NCBI GenBank assembly: GCA_044224875.1 | Contig: JBGAJQ010000039.1 | Span: forward strand, 1 to 50,180 | Source of the DNA: Gemmatimonadaceae bacterium | Lineage (GTDB): Bacteria > Gemmatimonadota > Gemmatimonadetes > Gemmatimonadales > Gemmatimonadaceae | Direction: 5' to 3' | Length of the DNA: 50,180 bases | In this document: positions 27,809 to 36,617 of the stretch, piece after piece | How the letters are laid out: every line of letters begins with the position of its first letter | How positions within the stretch are numbered: position 1 is the first letter of the stretch | Translations under genes and position numbers: made by a program | The notes under the pieces: model-generated | The model's database searches: none | What the model was told of the DNA's origin: nothing | The model's input: only the letters and a program-made list of their open reading frames with translations

Positions 27809-30472
27809 GTGGATGCCGCACTGCGCGGCCGGCGCCGGGACGCCGAGAGCGATGAGGAAATCGCGTTCCACCTCGATATGCAGGCGCAACACTTCGAGCG
27901 GAGCGGCGTACCGGCGAGCGAGGCGGCGCGACTGGCGCGCGTGGCCTTTGGCAGCCGAACCGACGCGCAGGAACGGATTCGCGAAGCACGGGGCACGGCC
28001 GCCTTCGAGCAGGTGCGCGCCGACGTCTCCTACGCGTTCCGTCAGATGCGACGCTCGCCGGGCTTCACGGGTACGGTGGTGGCGGTGCTGGCGCTCGGAA
28101 TCGGGGCGAGTGCCGCGATCTACAGCGTGGTGGACCGCGTGCTCTTCCGTCCGTTGCCGTTCACGAACGCGGAGCGACTCGTCGTCGTCTGGGAAACCGA
28201 TCGACGCAGCGGAACCACGCGTGAACCGGCTTCATGGCCGGACATAGTGGACATACAGGAGCGAGCCAAGAGCCTCCAAGGATCGGCTGCCTTCGCTGGC
28301 GTGGACATGTCGCTGACCTCACCGAATGCTCCGCCCATTCGCGTGACTGGCATTGCGACGACCGCGAGCTTCTTCTCGCTCACCGGAACCCGACCCGTCT
28401 TGGGCCGCGCCTTTCTCGAGAGCGAGTCGCGACCTGGGGGACCTCGTGTTGCGATGCTGGGTGAGTCGACATGGAGGTCGCAGTTTGGCGGCGATCCATC
28501 GGTCATCGGTCGCACGGTGCGTGTCGACGACGTGGCGTATGAGATCGTTGGCGTGGTACCCAACGGAACGGACGTCGGGATCGACCAGATTCACGAACTC
28601 GCGGCCTACCACGCGCCGTATACGGGCGACGGCGAGGCTGGGGTGTGGCTCCCTCTGCAGGCAAGCGCTGAGGAATTCCCTCGAGCCACCCATCCCTTCT
28701 TCCTGCTTGGCCGTTTGTCGCCGGGCAGCTCGGTCGCCAGGGCACAGTCGGAGCTGGCGGGAATCGCATCCGACCTGGAACGGACCTACCGGAACGAAAA
28801 TGCCGAGCGTGGCGTACACGTCGAGGCCTTGTCGGACGTGGTCTTCGGGCCCAGTCGGCCACTGTTGTACCTGCTACTTGCCGCCGTGGGACTCGTGCTG
28901 CTGGTGGCGCTGGCGAACGTTGCCAACCTGATGTTGGCGCGGGGTGCGAGCCGAGGAAGGGAAATCGCGATCCGCAACGCGCTCGGCGCGACTGCCCCGC
29001 GCGTCGGCCGGCAGCTCCTCGTCGAATCAATGGTGCTGGGCCTCATTGGTGGTGCCGTCGGTGTACTGGCAGCGGGCGTGATGTTGAAGGTGCTGTTGGC
29101 GCAAGCGCCCGCGAACATTCCGCGTATCGGCGACGTGTCGGTCGATGGACGCGTGATACTGTTGTCGTTGGTCGCCACGCTGCTGGTGGGATTGGGGTGC
29201 GGCGTGGTCCCCATGTGGCAAGCACGGCGGTTGGCCATCGTCCCGGCACTCAAGGGCGACGCTGCCGCGCCTAACGTTCATTCGCGGAGATGGTCGTCCC
29301 GTGAACTCCTCGTCGTCGCCGCCGTCGCGCTGGCGGTGACGTTGTCGATCGGCGCCAACATGCTCACCCGGTCGTTTCGCAACCTCATGGACGCCGACCC
29401 GGGCTTCCAGGCGTCCTCCATCGTGAAGGCGGAATTCCAGTTGCCGCCGTCACGCTATCCGCGCGACATGCCAAAGTGGCCCAAGCTGCCCGAGATCCAA
29501 CAGTTCAACGCGAGCTTGTTGGAGCGTGCGCGGGGGATTGCCGGCGTGCAGTCCGTTGCGCTTGCCGCGGCACACCCACTCGATGCGGGATTCACGAACT
29601 CGTGGGTGATCGTCGGGCGCGAGGCCGAAGCCAAGGACTTTCCGGAGATTTCCGTGCGAGCGGTCTCGCCGAGTTACTTCGAGACCGTCGGAGGAAAGCT
29701 CGTACGCGGGCGACTACTCAGCATGTCCGACGACGCGGATGCGCCATCGACCGCCCTGATCAACGAGACGACGGCGAAGCGCTTCTTTGCAACGACAGAG
29801 GCGTTAGGCTCGCAGATCCGGTTCTGGGGGACTTCGCGCACGATCGTCGGGATCGTCCGCGACGAGCGCATTCACGGGCTTCGTGCCTCCACACCGCCGG
29901 CGATTTACGTACCAATCGCGCAGGTCCCACCGAGTGGCGGTGTGCTCCTGGCGCGTAGCACGTCGAATCCTGAGGTCCTCGGTGCCGAACTACAGCGCGC
30001 GATTTGGAGCATCGATCCGCAACTCGCCGTGTACGGTGTCGAGCCATTTGGAAAGACCGTACTGCGCTCGGTGGCTTCGAACCGCTTCGCGATGCTCGTG
30101 CTTTCGGTATTCGCCGTGACCACGGCGCTGCTGGCGCTGATCGGGATTCACGGTGTTGTGCGGTACCTGGCAACGCAGCGGACCAAGGAAATAGGAATTC
30201 GCATGGCACTCGGCGCCCGTCGCGGGGAAGTGATTGGCTTGATGGTACGCTCGGGGGTGGGACTCGCGGTTCTGGGGGTGATGGTCGGTGTGATTGGGGC
30301 GTGGACCCTGTCGCGGCTGCTGCGGACGCTCCTCTACGGTGTTGGTGCAACCGACCCCGTCAGCTTCATTGGTGTGGCAGTCGTGATGCTTCTGGCCACC
30401 GCGGCGTCTGCGTACCTGCCGGCGCGGCGCGCGGCGCGAACATCCCCGCTGATCGCCATTCGGGGCGCGTAG
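27809..30472 (+). CDS. ADOP-type duplicated ABC permease (MacB_PCD + FtsX, twice)
   Basis: DEEIAFHL, DVSYAFRQMRRSPGFT...LALGIGA, REIAIRNALGA, RTKEIGIRMALGA, YLPARRAA. The native ATG is probably 27775, shifted out of frame. Confidence 0.92.
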   Translation: MDAALRGRRRDAESDEEIAFHLDMQAQHFERSGVPASEAARLARVAFGSRTDAQERIREARGTAAFEQVRADVSYAFRQMRRSPGFTGTVVAVLALGIGASAAIYSVVDRVLFRPLPFTNAERLVVVWETDRRSGTTREPASWPDIVDIQERAKSLQGSAAFAGVDMSLTSPNAPPIRVTGIATTASFFSLTGTRPVLGRAFLESESRPGGPRVAMLGESTWRSQFGGDPSVIGRTVRVDDVAYEIVGVVPNGTDVGIDQIHELAAYHAPYTGDGEAGVWLPLQASAEEFPRATHPFFLLGRLSPGSSVARAQSELAGIASDLERTYRNENAERGVHVEALSDVVFGPSRPLLYLLLAAVGLVLLVALANVANLMLARGASRGREIAIRNALGATAPRVGRQLLVESMVLGLIGGAVGVLAAGVMLKVLLAQAPANIPRIGDVSVDGRVILLSLVATLLVGLGCGVVPMWQARRLAIVPALKGDAAAPNVHSRRWSSRELLVVAAVALAVTLSIGANMLTRSFRNLMDADPGFQASSIVKAEFQLPPSRYPRDMPKWPKLPEIQQFNASLLERARGIAGVQSVALAAAHPLDAGFTNSWVIVGREAEAKDFPEISVRAVSPSYFETVGGKLVRGRLLSMSDDADAPSTALINETTAKRFFATTEALGSQIRFWGTSRTIVGIVRDERIHGLRASTPPAIYVPIAQVPPSGGVLLARSTSNPEVLGAELQRAIWSIDPQLAVYGVEPFGKTVLRSVASNRFAMLVLSVFAVTTALLALIGIHGVVRYLATQRTKEIGIRMALGARRGEVIGLMVRSGVGLAVLGVMVGVIGAWTLSRLLRTLLYGVGATDPVSFIGVAVVMLLATAASAYLPARRAARTSPLIAIRGA

Positions 30473-30534
30473 CTCACTGGGCAACGCTGCGACTGCATGA
30501 CCCGGAGCGCAAGCTGAACGCGACGCGCCGACGC

Positions 30535-31680
30535 CTACCGCGAACCGACGCTCGGCAACGTGGCCGTGATCAGGCGCAACGCGCGGACAAACCCCGGCCC
30601 CTCGCTGTTCGTCAGTACGACGACGCGGTAACCACTCTCCGGGTACAGGTCGAAGGCGGTCGCCACACCGGGTGATCCTCCCGTGTGCCCAATCCGCCTG
30701 CCTAACGCAGTTTCACGAACCATGAAGCCGTAGCCGTACGACGTCGGCGCGGGCATTTGCGGCATGCTCACCCGTGGTGTCCACAGCGAGTCTACCCAGC
30801 TCTTGGCTACGAGAGTCCCGCGCGTCAGGGCGTCGCCAAAACGCATGAGATCCGGTGCCGTCGTATAGCCGCCACCGGCGGGCCCGCCTCGATTGGGCAG
30901 GGTACTCCAGTTCGCAACCATACGCGGCGCCGGCTGCGTCACATCGGCGTCACCGAGTTCGACGTCTTGCTCCGGGATGTATCCAATGGCGCGCGAGGGA
31001 ACCGAATCGCGAATGGCGGAGAAGTCCGTGCCGGTAAGGTGGGCCGGTGCAAGGACGTGCTGACGCACGTAGGCCTCGTACGTTTGGCCGCTGACCCGCT
31101 CCACGATCTTCCCCAGCACGATGAATCCGGAATTGCTGTACTCGAAGTGAGCACCCGGTTCGAAGAGGAGCGGTTCATCGACAAAGAGCGCCACATAGTC
31201 GTCAACGGACTCGATGCGCGACTTGTTCCGTTCGAAGCGGTCGTTCCAGTACGACCCCATGCCCGACGTGTGGGTCAGCAGTTGGGCCAACGTCACCTTC
31301 TCGCGAACGGCGGCATTGGGGTAGTCGGGGAGGTAGCGACCGACGTTGTCTTGAAGCTTGATCTTGCCCGCCTCCGCCAGCTGCATGATGGCGACGGCGG
31401 TCATCATCTTGTTCATGGAGCCGATATTGAATCGCGTCTCGGGTCCATTGGGCACATTGCGAACGCGGTCGGCCAATCCGTAGGAGCGCGAAAACAGGGT
31501 CGTACTGTCGCGCATCACCAGCACGGTTCCGGAGAACCACCCCGTCGCGTTCAACCGCGACAGGGCACTGTCGAGACTCGCGGCGAAGGCACGGTCGTTC
31601 GTGGCGCGTGGCGGCACGTCCTGCGCGCCCAGGCACGCGCCAAGCACTACGCTGGCGGACAACATCCAACGACAATTCAT
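30535..31680 (-). CDS. Serine hydrolase, beta-lactamase-like family
   Basis: SxxK (GSMNK), LLTHTSG, YSN, GHTG, signal peptide. Confidence 0.9.
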   Translation of the reverse strand: MNCRWMLSASVVLGACLGAQDVPPRATNDRAFAASLDSALSRLNATGWFSGTVLVMRDSTTLFSRSYGLADRVRNVPNGPETRFNIGSMNKMMTAVAIMQLAEAGKIKLQDNVGRYLPDYPNAAVREKVTLAQLLTHTSGMGSYWNDRFERNKSRIESVDDYVALFVDEPLLFEPGAHFEYSNSGFIVLGKIVERVSGQTYEAYVRQHVLAPAHLTGTDFSAIRDSVPSRAIGYIPEQDVELGDADVTQPAPRMVANWSTLPNRGGPAGGGYTTAPDLMRFGDALTRGTLVAKSWVDSLWTPRVSMPQMPAPTSYGYGFMVRETALGRRIGHTGGSPGVATAFDLYPESGYRVVVLTNSEGPGFVRALRLITATLPSVGSR

Positions 31681-31771
31681 AGCTCCCCCTGGGGCAGACG
31701 ACGCGCCGAACGACGCACGTCGTCAGTCACCACCTGGCGGCAAAGCGTTGCCGGAGCGCGCCGATGGCCAG

Positions 31772-33814
31772 CTAGGGAACGACCTGCTTGCGCGGCTCCA
31801 ACTTCAGGATGAACAGTCCGGCGTTGAAGTCGTTCACGAAAACCAGATCGTTCTTCACCACCGCGCCCCAAGTCATGGCGGCGTTGGGAATGGCGCCGTC
31901 TGGGGACCACGTCATGAAGTTGGCGATCTCCCTTCCTTGCGCCTTCAGGTCTCCACGTAGTTCCCCGGAAACATCGAACGCGTGGAATCCGCCGTTGTAG
32001 GCGCCGACATAGAGCGTATCGCCAGCAACCCAGATGTTGTGGACGCCGCCGTACTCGGGCGTGTACGTAGCCACGGACCTGGGATTGGCGAGGTCGCTGA
32101 CGTCGATCACCTGGAGTGTGCCATACGCTCGTCCGATGCGCTTCTGCAGCACATTCTGGATTTGCGAATGCGCAAAGACTTCGTCGGCGATGAATACGTA
32201 TTTCCCGTGACGCCACGCCGTGTGTGTGCCCCTGATGTATCCGGCGGGGTCCTGCGATGAGAGGTCGCGGTAGAGTTTGTCCAGGTCGTACTTGAACTGG
32301 GAGACGAATTGCGGATTCGAGGGGGAGCCGCCCTTGATGCCGTTGCCAATGTCCAGCACAACGAGGCCGTCGTTCCACCAGGATCCGTACAGGAGGCCAT
32401 CTTGCACGTCAATATCGTGCAGGTAACGGCCGGCGTCGGCACGTGGCGTTTTCCAGACCGCCACCTGCTTGGGGTGGCTTGGATCATTGACGTCGATCAC
32501 GTGAACGGCGCCCGTCCCATCGTTCGTTAGGTACACGTGCGTGCCATACTTGGGCTGCGTGAACACGAACGCCGAATGGACGCCGGCCGTGACGCCATCC
32601 GTGAACTCGGCGACCGGCTTGGGGTGCAGGGGGTCGTCGAGCGTGCAGATGACGATCCCGTTCCGCCGGTTGTCCGCGTTCTCGCGCGTGAACACGAGGA
32701 TGCGACCATCGGCGGACGTCATGATGTCATTGACGTGACGCGTGTTGGCGACGACCGAGTCGACGATCGTCGGCTTGGTGGGGTCCGTGATATCGATACT
32801 GTACAGGCGATCGCCTAACGTTCCGAGGTAAGCCACCTTGCCGTTGGGATGCACCCACACCTCGGAGGTGGAGAACGCCGAGCGAATGACCGAGCCCATG
32901 AGCGTGGCCGTCCGCCGCACGTCGCGTTCCGCCACCCTCACGATCGCCTCCGCGGTACGATTCCCGATCGAGGCGGTGACCGTGTACGTGCCGGGATCGT
33001 ACGCGACAAACGCGCCATCCGCGTCGATCACTCCCGTGCCGCCGGCCATCGACCAGGTCGGGGTGAGGCCGGCCATCGTCTTTCCAGCGGCATCGACCGT
33101 CCGGGCGGCGAAGCGAAGCACGTCACCCTGGCGGATATCGACGCTCGGTGGCGACACGTCCAGCCGCGCCACCGAGCCACCGACGACCGTCAGCTCAATC
33201 GCCGCGTTGGCCCGTCCCGCGGCAACATTGATCCTGGCCCGTCCCGGTGCCAAGGCGGTCAACACTCCCTGTTCATTGACGCTCACCACGCGTGGCGCCG
33301 TGCTGCTCCATGTCACGGGATCGGTCGCCGGATCGTTCGCGGCCGAAAAGGGCTGGGCGGTGACACGCAGGCGCTGTCCGACGGCCAGGCGAGACACGGT
33401 CGGTGACAGCAACAGACGCATCGCACGGCCAGGCCCGATCGCAAGGGTGACGCGCTGTACGAGCGGACGTTGGCCCGGCACAATCCCGACAGCTGCAATC
33501 ACCATTGTCCCTGGGGCGGTCGCGGTCACCAATCCGGTGGAATCCACCCCCGCCTGATTGTCGCCACCGGCGATCTGAAATCGATACTGCACGCCGGCAA
33601 TCGGCTGTCCGGAATTGTCGATGGCCCTCGCCGTGAGGCGAAGCGTGTCGCCCGCTGCCATGCGAGGTGCGGCCGGTGTGACAACGAGGCGGCCGGCCTG
33701 CGCCTGCAGTGACACCGCGCTCAGGGCGAGGAGGCCAAATACGCGTCCACCCACTGCACCCGGACGTACCAGACGGCCGAGCGATTTCGTTAGGTGCTTG
33801 TGGTGAGTCGTCAC
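31772..33814 (-). CDS. Secreted Ig-like plus LVIVD beta-propeller protein, paralogue 2
   Basis: Same architecture and motifs as 24278-26296. The GTG start overlaps the upstream TGA (GTGA). Confidence 0.85.
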   Translation of the reverse strand: MTTHHKHLTKSLGRLVRPGAVGGRVFGLLALSAVSLQAQAGRLVVTPAAPRMAAGDTLRLTARAIDNSGQPIAGVQYRFQIAGGDNQAGVDSTGLVTATAPGTMVIAAVGIVPGQRPLVQRVTLAIGPGRAMRLLLSPTVSRLAVGQRLRVTAQPFSAANDPATDPVTWSSTAPRVVSVNEQGVLTALAPGRARINVAAGRANAAIELTVVGGSVARLDVSPPSVDIRQGDVLRFAARTVDAAGKTMAGLTPTWSMAGGTGVIDADGAFVAYDPGTYTVTASIGNRTAEAIVRVAERDVRRTATLMGSVIRSAFSTSEVWVHPNGKVAYLGTLGDRLYSIDITDPTKPTIVDSVVANTRHVNDIMTSADGRILVFTRENADNRRNGIVICTLDDPLHPKPVAEFTDGVTAGVHSAFVFTQPKYGTHVYLTNDGTGAVHVIDVNDPSHPKQVAVWKTPRADAGRYLHDIDVQDGLLYGSWWNDGLVVLDIGNGIKGGSPSNPQFVSQFKYDLDKLYRDLSSQDPAGYIRGTHTAWRHGKYVFIADEVFAHSQIQNVLQKRIGRAYGTLQVIDVSDLANPRSVATYTPEYGGVHNIWVAGDTLYVGAYNGGFHAFDVSGELRGDLKAQGREIANFMTWSPDGAIPNAAMTWGAVVKNDLVFVNDFNAGLFILKLEPRKQVVP

Positions 33815-35820
33815 GGGACCACCGACTGGCGTGGATCCAGCCGCACGATCCACAATCCCGAGTTCATGTCGTTCACGAACGCCAGGTTGTTCTTCACCAC
33901 CACACCCCAAGTCATCGTGGCGTTAGGGATCTTCCCACTGGGCGATTGCGGCTGGTAATGGGCAATCTCGCGCCCCTGCTCACGCAGATTACCCTTCAAT
34001 TCACCCGAGACATCGAAGGCGTGGAACCCCGAGTTGTAGGCGCCCATGTAGAGCGTGTCGCCGGCCACCCACACGTTGTGGACGCCACCGAACTCCGGCT
34101 CGTACCAGGCCACCGACTTGGGGTGCTCAATGTCGCTCACGTCGATCGCCTGAAGCCGGCCGTACGCACGTCCGACCCGCCCGCCTAACGCCGCGGTCAC
34201 CTGCTCCGGACCAAAGACTTCGTCGGCGATGAAGACATAGTCCTTGTAGCGCCATGCGGTGTGCGTGCCTCGGATATAACCGGCGCCACTCTCCAGCTCC
34301 ACCCTGCTCTTGTACAGCGCGTCAAGGTCGTACTTGTACTGGGATACGAGCTTCGGATTCGACGGCGTCCCACCCTTCACGCCGTTGCCAACGTCAAGGA
34401 TCACCAGTCCGTCGTTCCACCAACTTCCGTACAGCAAACCGTTCTGCACATCGATGTCGTGCAACATGCGCCCGGCTTCCACCGCCTTCGTGGTCCACCG
34501 GGACGCCTCGCGCGGATTCGCAGGATCGTCGATGTTCACGATGTGCACGGCGCCTGTTGCATCGTTCGTGAGGTACACGTGCCGGCCGTACTTCGGATCT
34601 GTGTAGATGAACGCCGAGTGGACACCGCTGGTCACGTCGGTTGTGAAGTCCGCCACCTTCTTCGGATGCAACGGGTCCTGCAGCGTACAGATCACGATCC
34701 CGTTCTTACGGTTGTCGGCCCCTTCCCGCGTAAATACCAGCACCTCGCCCTTTTCGTCCGTCATGATGTCGTTCACCACGCGGAAGTTGTCGGTCACCGA
34801 GTCCACGACCGTTGGCTTTGAGGCATCGCCGATGTCGATCACGTAGAATCGATCGCCCCCGGCATGCGTACCCAAATAGGCCACCTTGCCATTGGGATGA
34901 ACCCAAACCTCAGAGGTGACAAAGGCCGTGCGCAGCACGGATCCAACCACAGTCGGCTTCTTTCGGACGTTGCGCTCGGCCAGCACCACGGTTGCCGTAG
35001 CGGTGATCTTCCCGACGTTGGCGGTCACGGCGTACGTGCCCGGCTCATACCCGACAAACGACCCGTCAGCTCCGATGTCGCCGCGCCCGGGGGACATCGA
35101 CCAGGCCGGTGTGATTCCCTCGATGGCTCGTCCGGCACCGTCCTTCACCTGCGCGACAAACCGAACGACATCGCCCTGCCGAACTTTCGCCGTCGTGGGA
35201 GTCACCGTCATGGTGCCGCCCGCCAGCGCGGTGACGCTCACCTCCACCATCCCTGATGCCGCTCCCGCCGTCGCGATGATCCTGGCCTTCCCCGCCCCAA
35301 CCGCGGCGGCGACGCCATCCTCACCAACACGAACGACTCCCGGAGCGCTCGAACTCCAGCGCACGGGATCAGTCGCCGAATCGCCGGCGGCCGAGCGCGC
35401 GAGTGCCTGGAGTGGAAGGCGCTGGCCAACCAGGAGCCGCGAAGGTCGCGGCGTGATCTGGATGGTTGCCGCCGGCCCCGGTACCATGTCGACCTCCACG
35501 CGCTTCACGATGGGTCGGCTTCCCGGCACCAGCGCCGAGACCACCACCGGCACTCGCCCGACCGCCCCGGAGTGGATCAGACCCGTCGAGTCGACATGCG
35601 CCTCGAAGGAGCCGCCTCCCGCGAAGTAGCGAATCGTTGCCCCCTTCACGGGAGCTCCGCTCGCGTCCATCAGCTGGGCCGTCAGGCGCAACGTGTCGCG
35701 CGCCACCATGCGGTGAATCGTGGGCGAAACCACCAGGCTCATCCCCGACCCTTGGGCGTGGATCGCAGTGGGCTGGGACGCGGCAAGTGCCAACGCCAGG
35801 CCGATGCATTGGAAACGCAT
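33811..35820 (-). CDS. Secreted Ig-like plus LVIVD beta-propeller protein, paralogue 3
   Basis: Signal peptide MRFQCIGLALALAASQPTAIHA-Q and the same motifs as the other two paralogues. Confidence 0.85.
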   Translation of the reverse strand: MRFQCIGLALALAASQPTAIHAQGSGMSLVVSPTIHRMVARDTLRLTAQLMDASGAPVKGATIRYFAGGGSFEAHVDSTGLIHSGAVGRVPVVVSALVPGSRPIVKRVEVDMVPGPAATIQITPRPSRLLVGQRLPLQALARSAAGDSATDPVRWSSSAPGVVRVGEDGVAAAVGAGKARIIATAGAASGMVEVSVTALAGGTMTVTPTTAKVRQGDVVRFVAQVKDGAGRAIEGITPAWSMSPGRGDIGADGSFVGYEPGTYAVTANVGKITATATVVLAERNVRKKPTVVGSVLRTAFVTSEVWVHPNGKVAYLGTHAGGDRFYVIDIGDASKPTVVDSVTDNFRVVNDIMTDEKGEVLVFTREGADNRKNGIVICTLQDPLHPKKVADFTTDVTSGVHSAFIYTDPKYGRHVYLTNDATGAVHIVNIDDPANPREASRWTTKAVEAGRMLHDIDVQNGLLYGSWWNDGLVILDVGNGVKGGTPSNPKLVSQYKYDLDALYKSRVELESGAGYIRGTHTAWRYKDYVFIADEVFGPEQVTAALGGRVGRAYGRLQAIDVSDIEHPKSVAWYEPEFGGVHNVWVAGDTLYMGAYNSGFHAFDVSGELKGNLREQGREIAHYQPQSPSGKIPNATMTWGVVVKNNLAFVNDMNSGLWIVRLDPRQSVVP

Positions 35821-36050
35821 TCGAATCCTCGTGAGAAGACGGATGGGAAACACGCTGACACCGCCGGTCGCGCGTGCCGGCCAAACGTCGTTCGCCGATG
35901 GGTGGCGGTCAATCCTCCCGGGGCAAGCCAAGTCACTCCGTGACGGCGCGAGTGCTGAATGGCGCCGTTGACGAACGCCGGGCGAAGCTATTCCATGCGT
36001 GATGGCGCGACGGCGCCAGATCTTGGACATCTTGCCGCGAGGTGCTCCAC

Positions 36051-36539
36051 ATGTCATCGCACCTTCACCGCTTGTTTGAGCACATGGCGTGGGCCAATGA
36101 CCAGGTCATTGCTGGCCTGCGGAGCGCCCCGGGGTCAGACCCGGTGGCGCTCCAGTATTTTGCTCACGTCATTGGCGCCGAACATGTCTGGCTCACACGC
36201 ATCCGCGGTGAGCCCACCCGGCTCGCTGTGTGGCCGACCCTTACGGTGGACGAGGCGGCATGGTATGCCGCCGAGCACATCACGGGTTATCGTGCCGTGC
36301 TCGAAACGTCATCACCTAACGACTTGCAGGCCACGGTGTCGTACGTGAATTCCGCTGGAACTGCGTTCACTACTCCGCTGGAGGACATTCTCCTTCACGT
36401 CGCACTGCACGGCGCCTACCATCGCGGCCAGGTGTCCCTCCTGGTGCGTCGTGGAGGCGGTATTCCGGCCCCCACGGACTACATCGCCTTCGTGCGGGGC
36501 GCGCCAGCGGCGACACGTCAGGACAGCCTGCGCCGCTAG
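36051..36539 (+). CDS. DinB family protein
   Basis: HMAWAN, HVIGAEHVW, HVALHGAYHRGQV, DYIAF. Confidence 0.9.
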   Translation: MSSHLHRLFEHMAWANDQVIAGLRSAPGSDPVALQYFAHVIGAEHVWLTRIRGEPTRLAVWPTLTVDEAAWYAAEHITGYRAVLETSSPNDLQATVSYVNSAGTAFTTPLEDILLHVALHGAYHRGQVSLLVRRGGGIPAPTDYIAFVRGAPAATRQDSLRR

Positions 36540-36617
36540 ACCGCGATTCCAGAGCGCGGCGGGTTAGACTTCACTGACTCCGCGCTCTCACTTCACCATT
36601 TCCGGTACGGCTGGCTT

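Noticed and set aside
30535..31680. Antibiotic-resistance beta-lactamases (this gene and the MBL at 15978-16769)
   Set aside because: The motifs support only broad serine-hydrolase and MBL folds. There are no class-specific signatures or mobile context.
26297..31771. Mobile element or genomic island
   Set aside because: No integrase, transposase, terminal repeats or evident compositional shift. The CGTTAGG motif is present as in the rest of the window.
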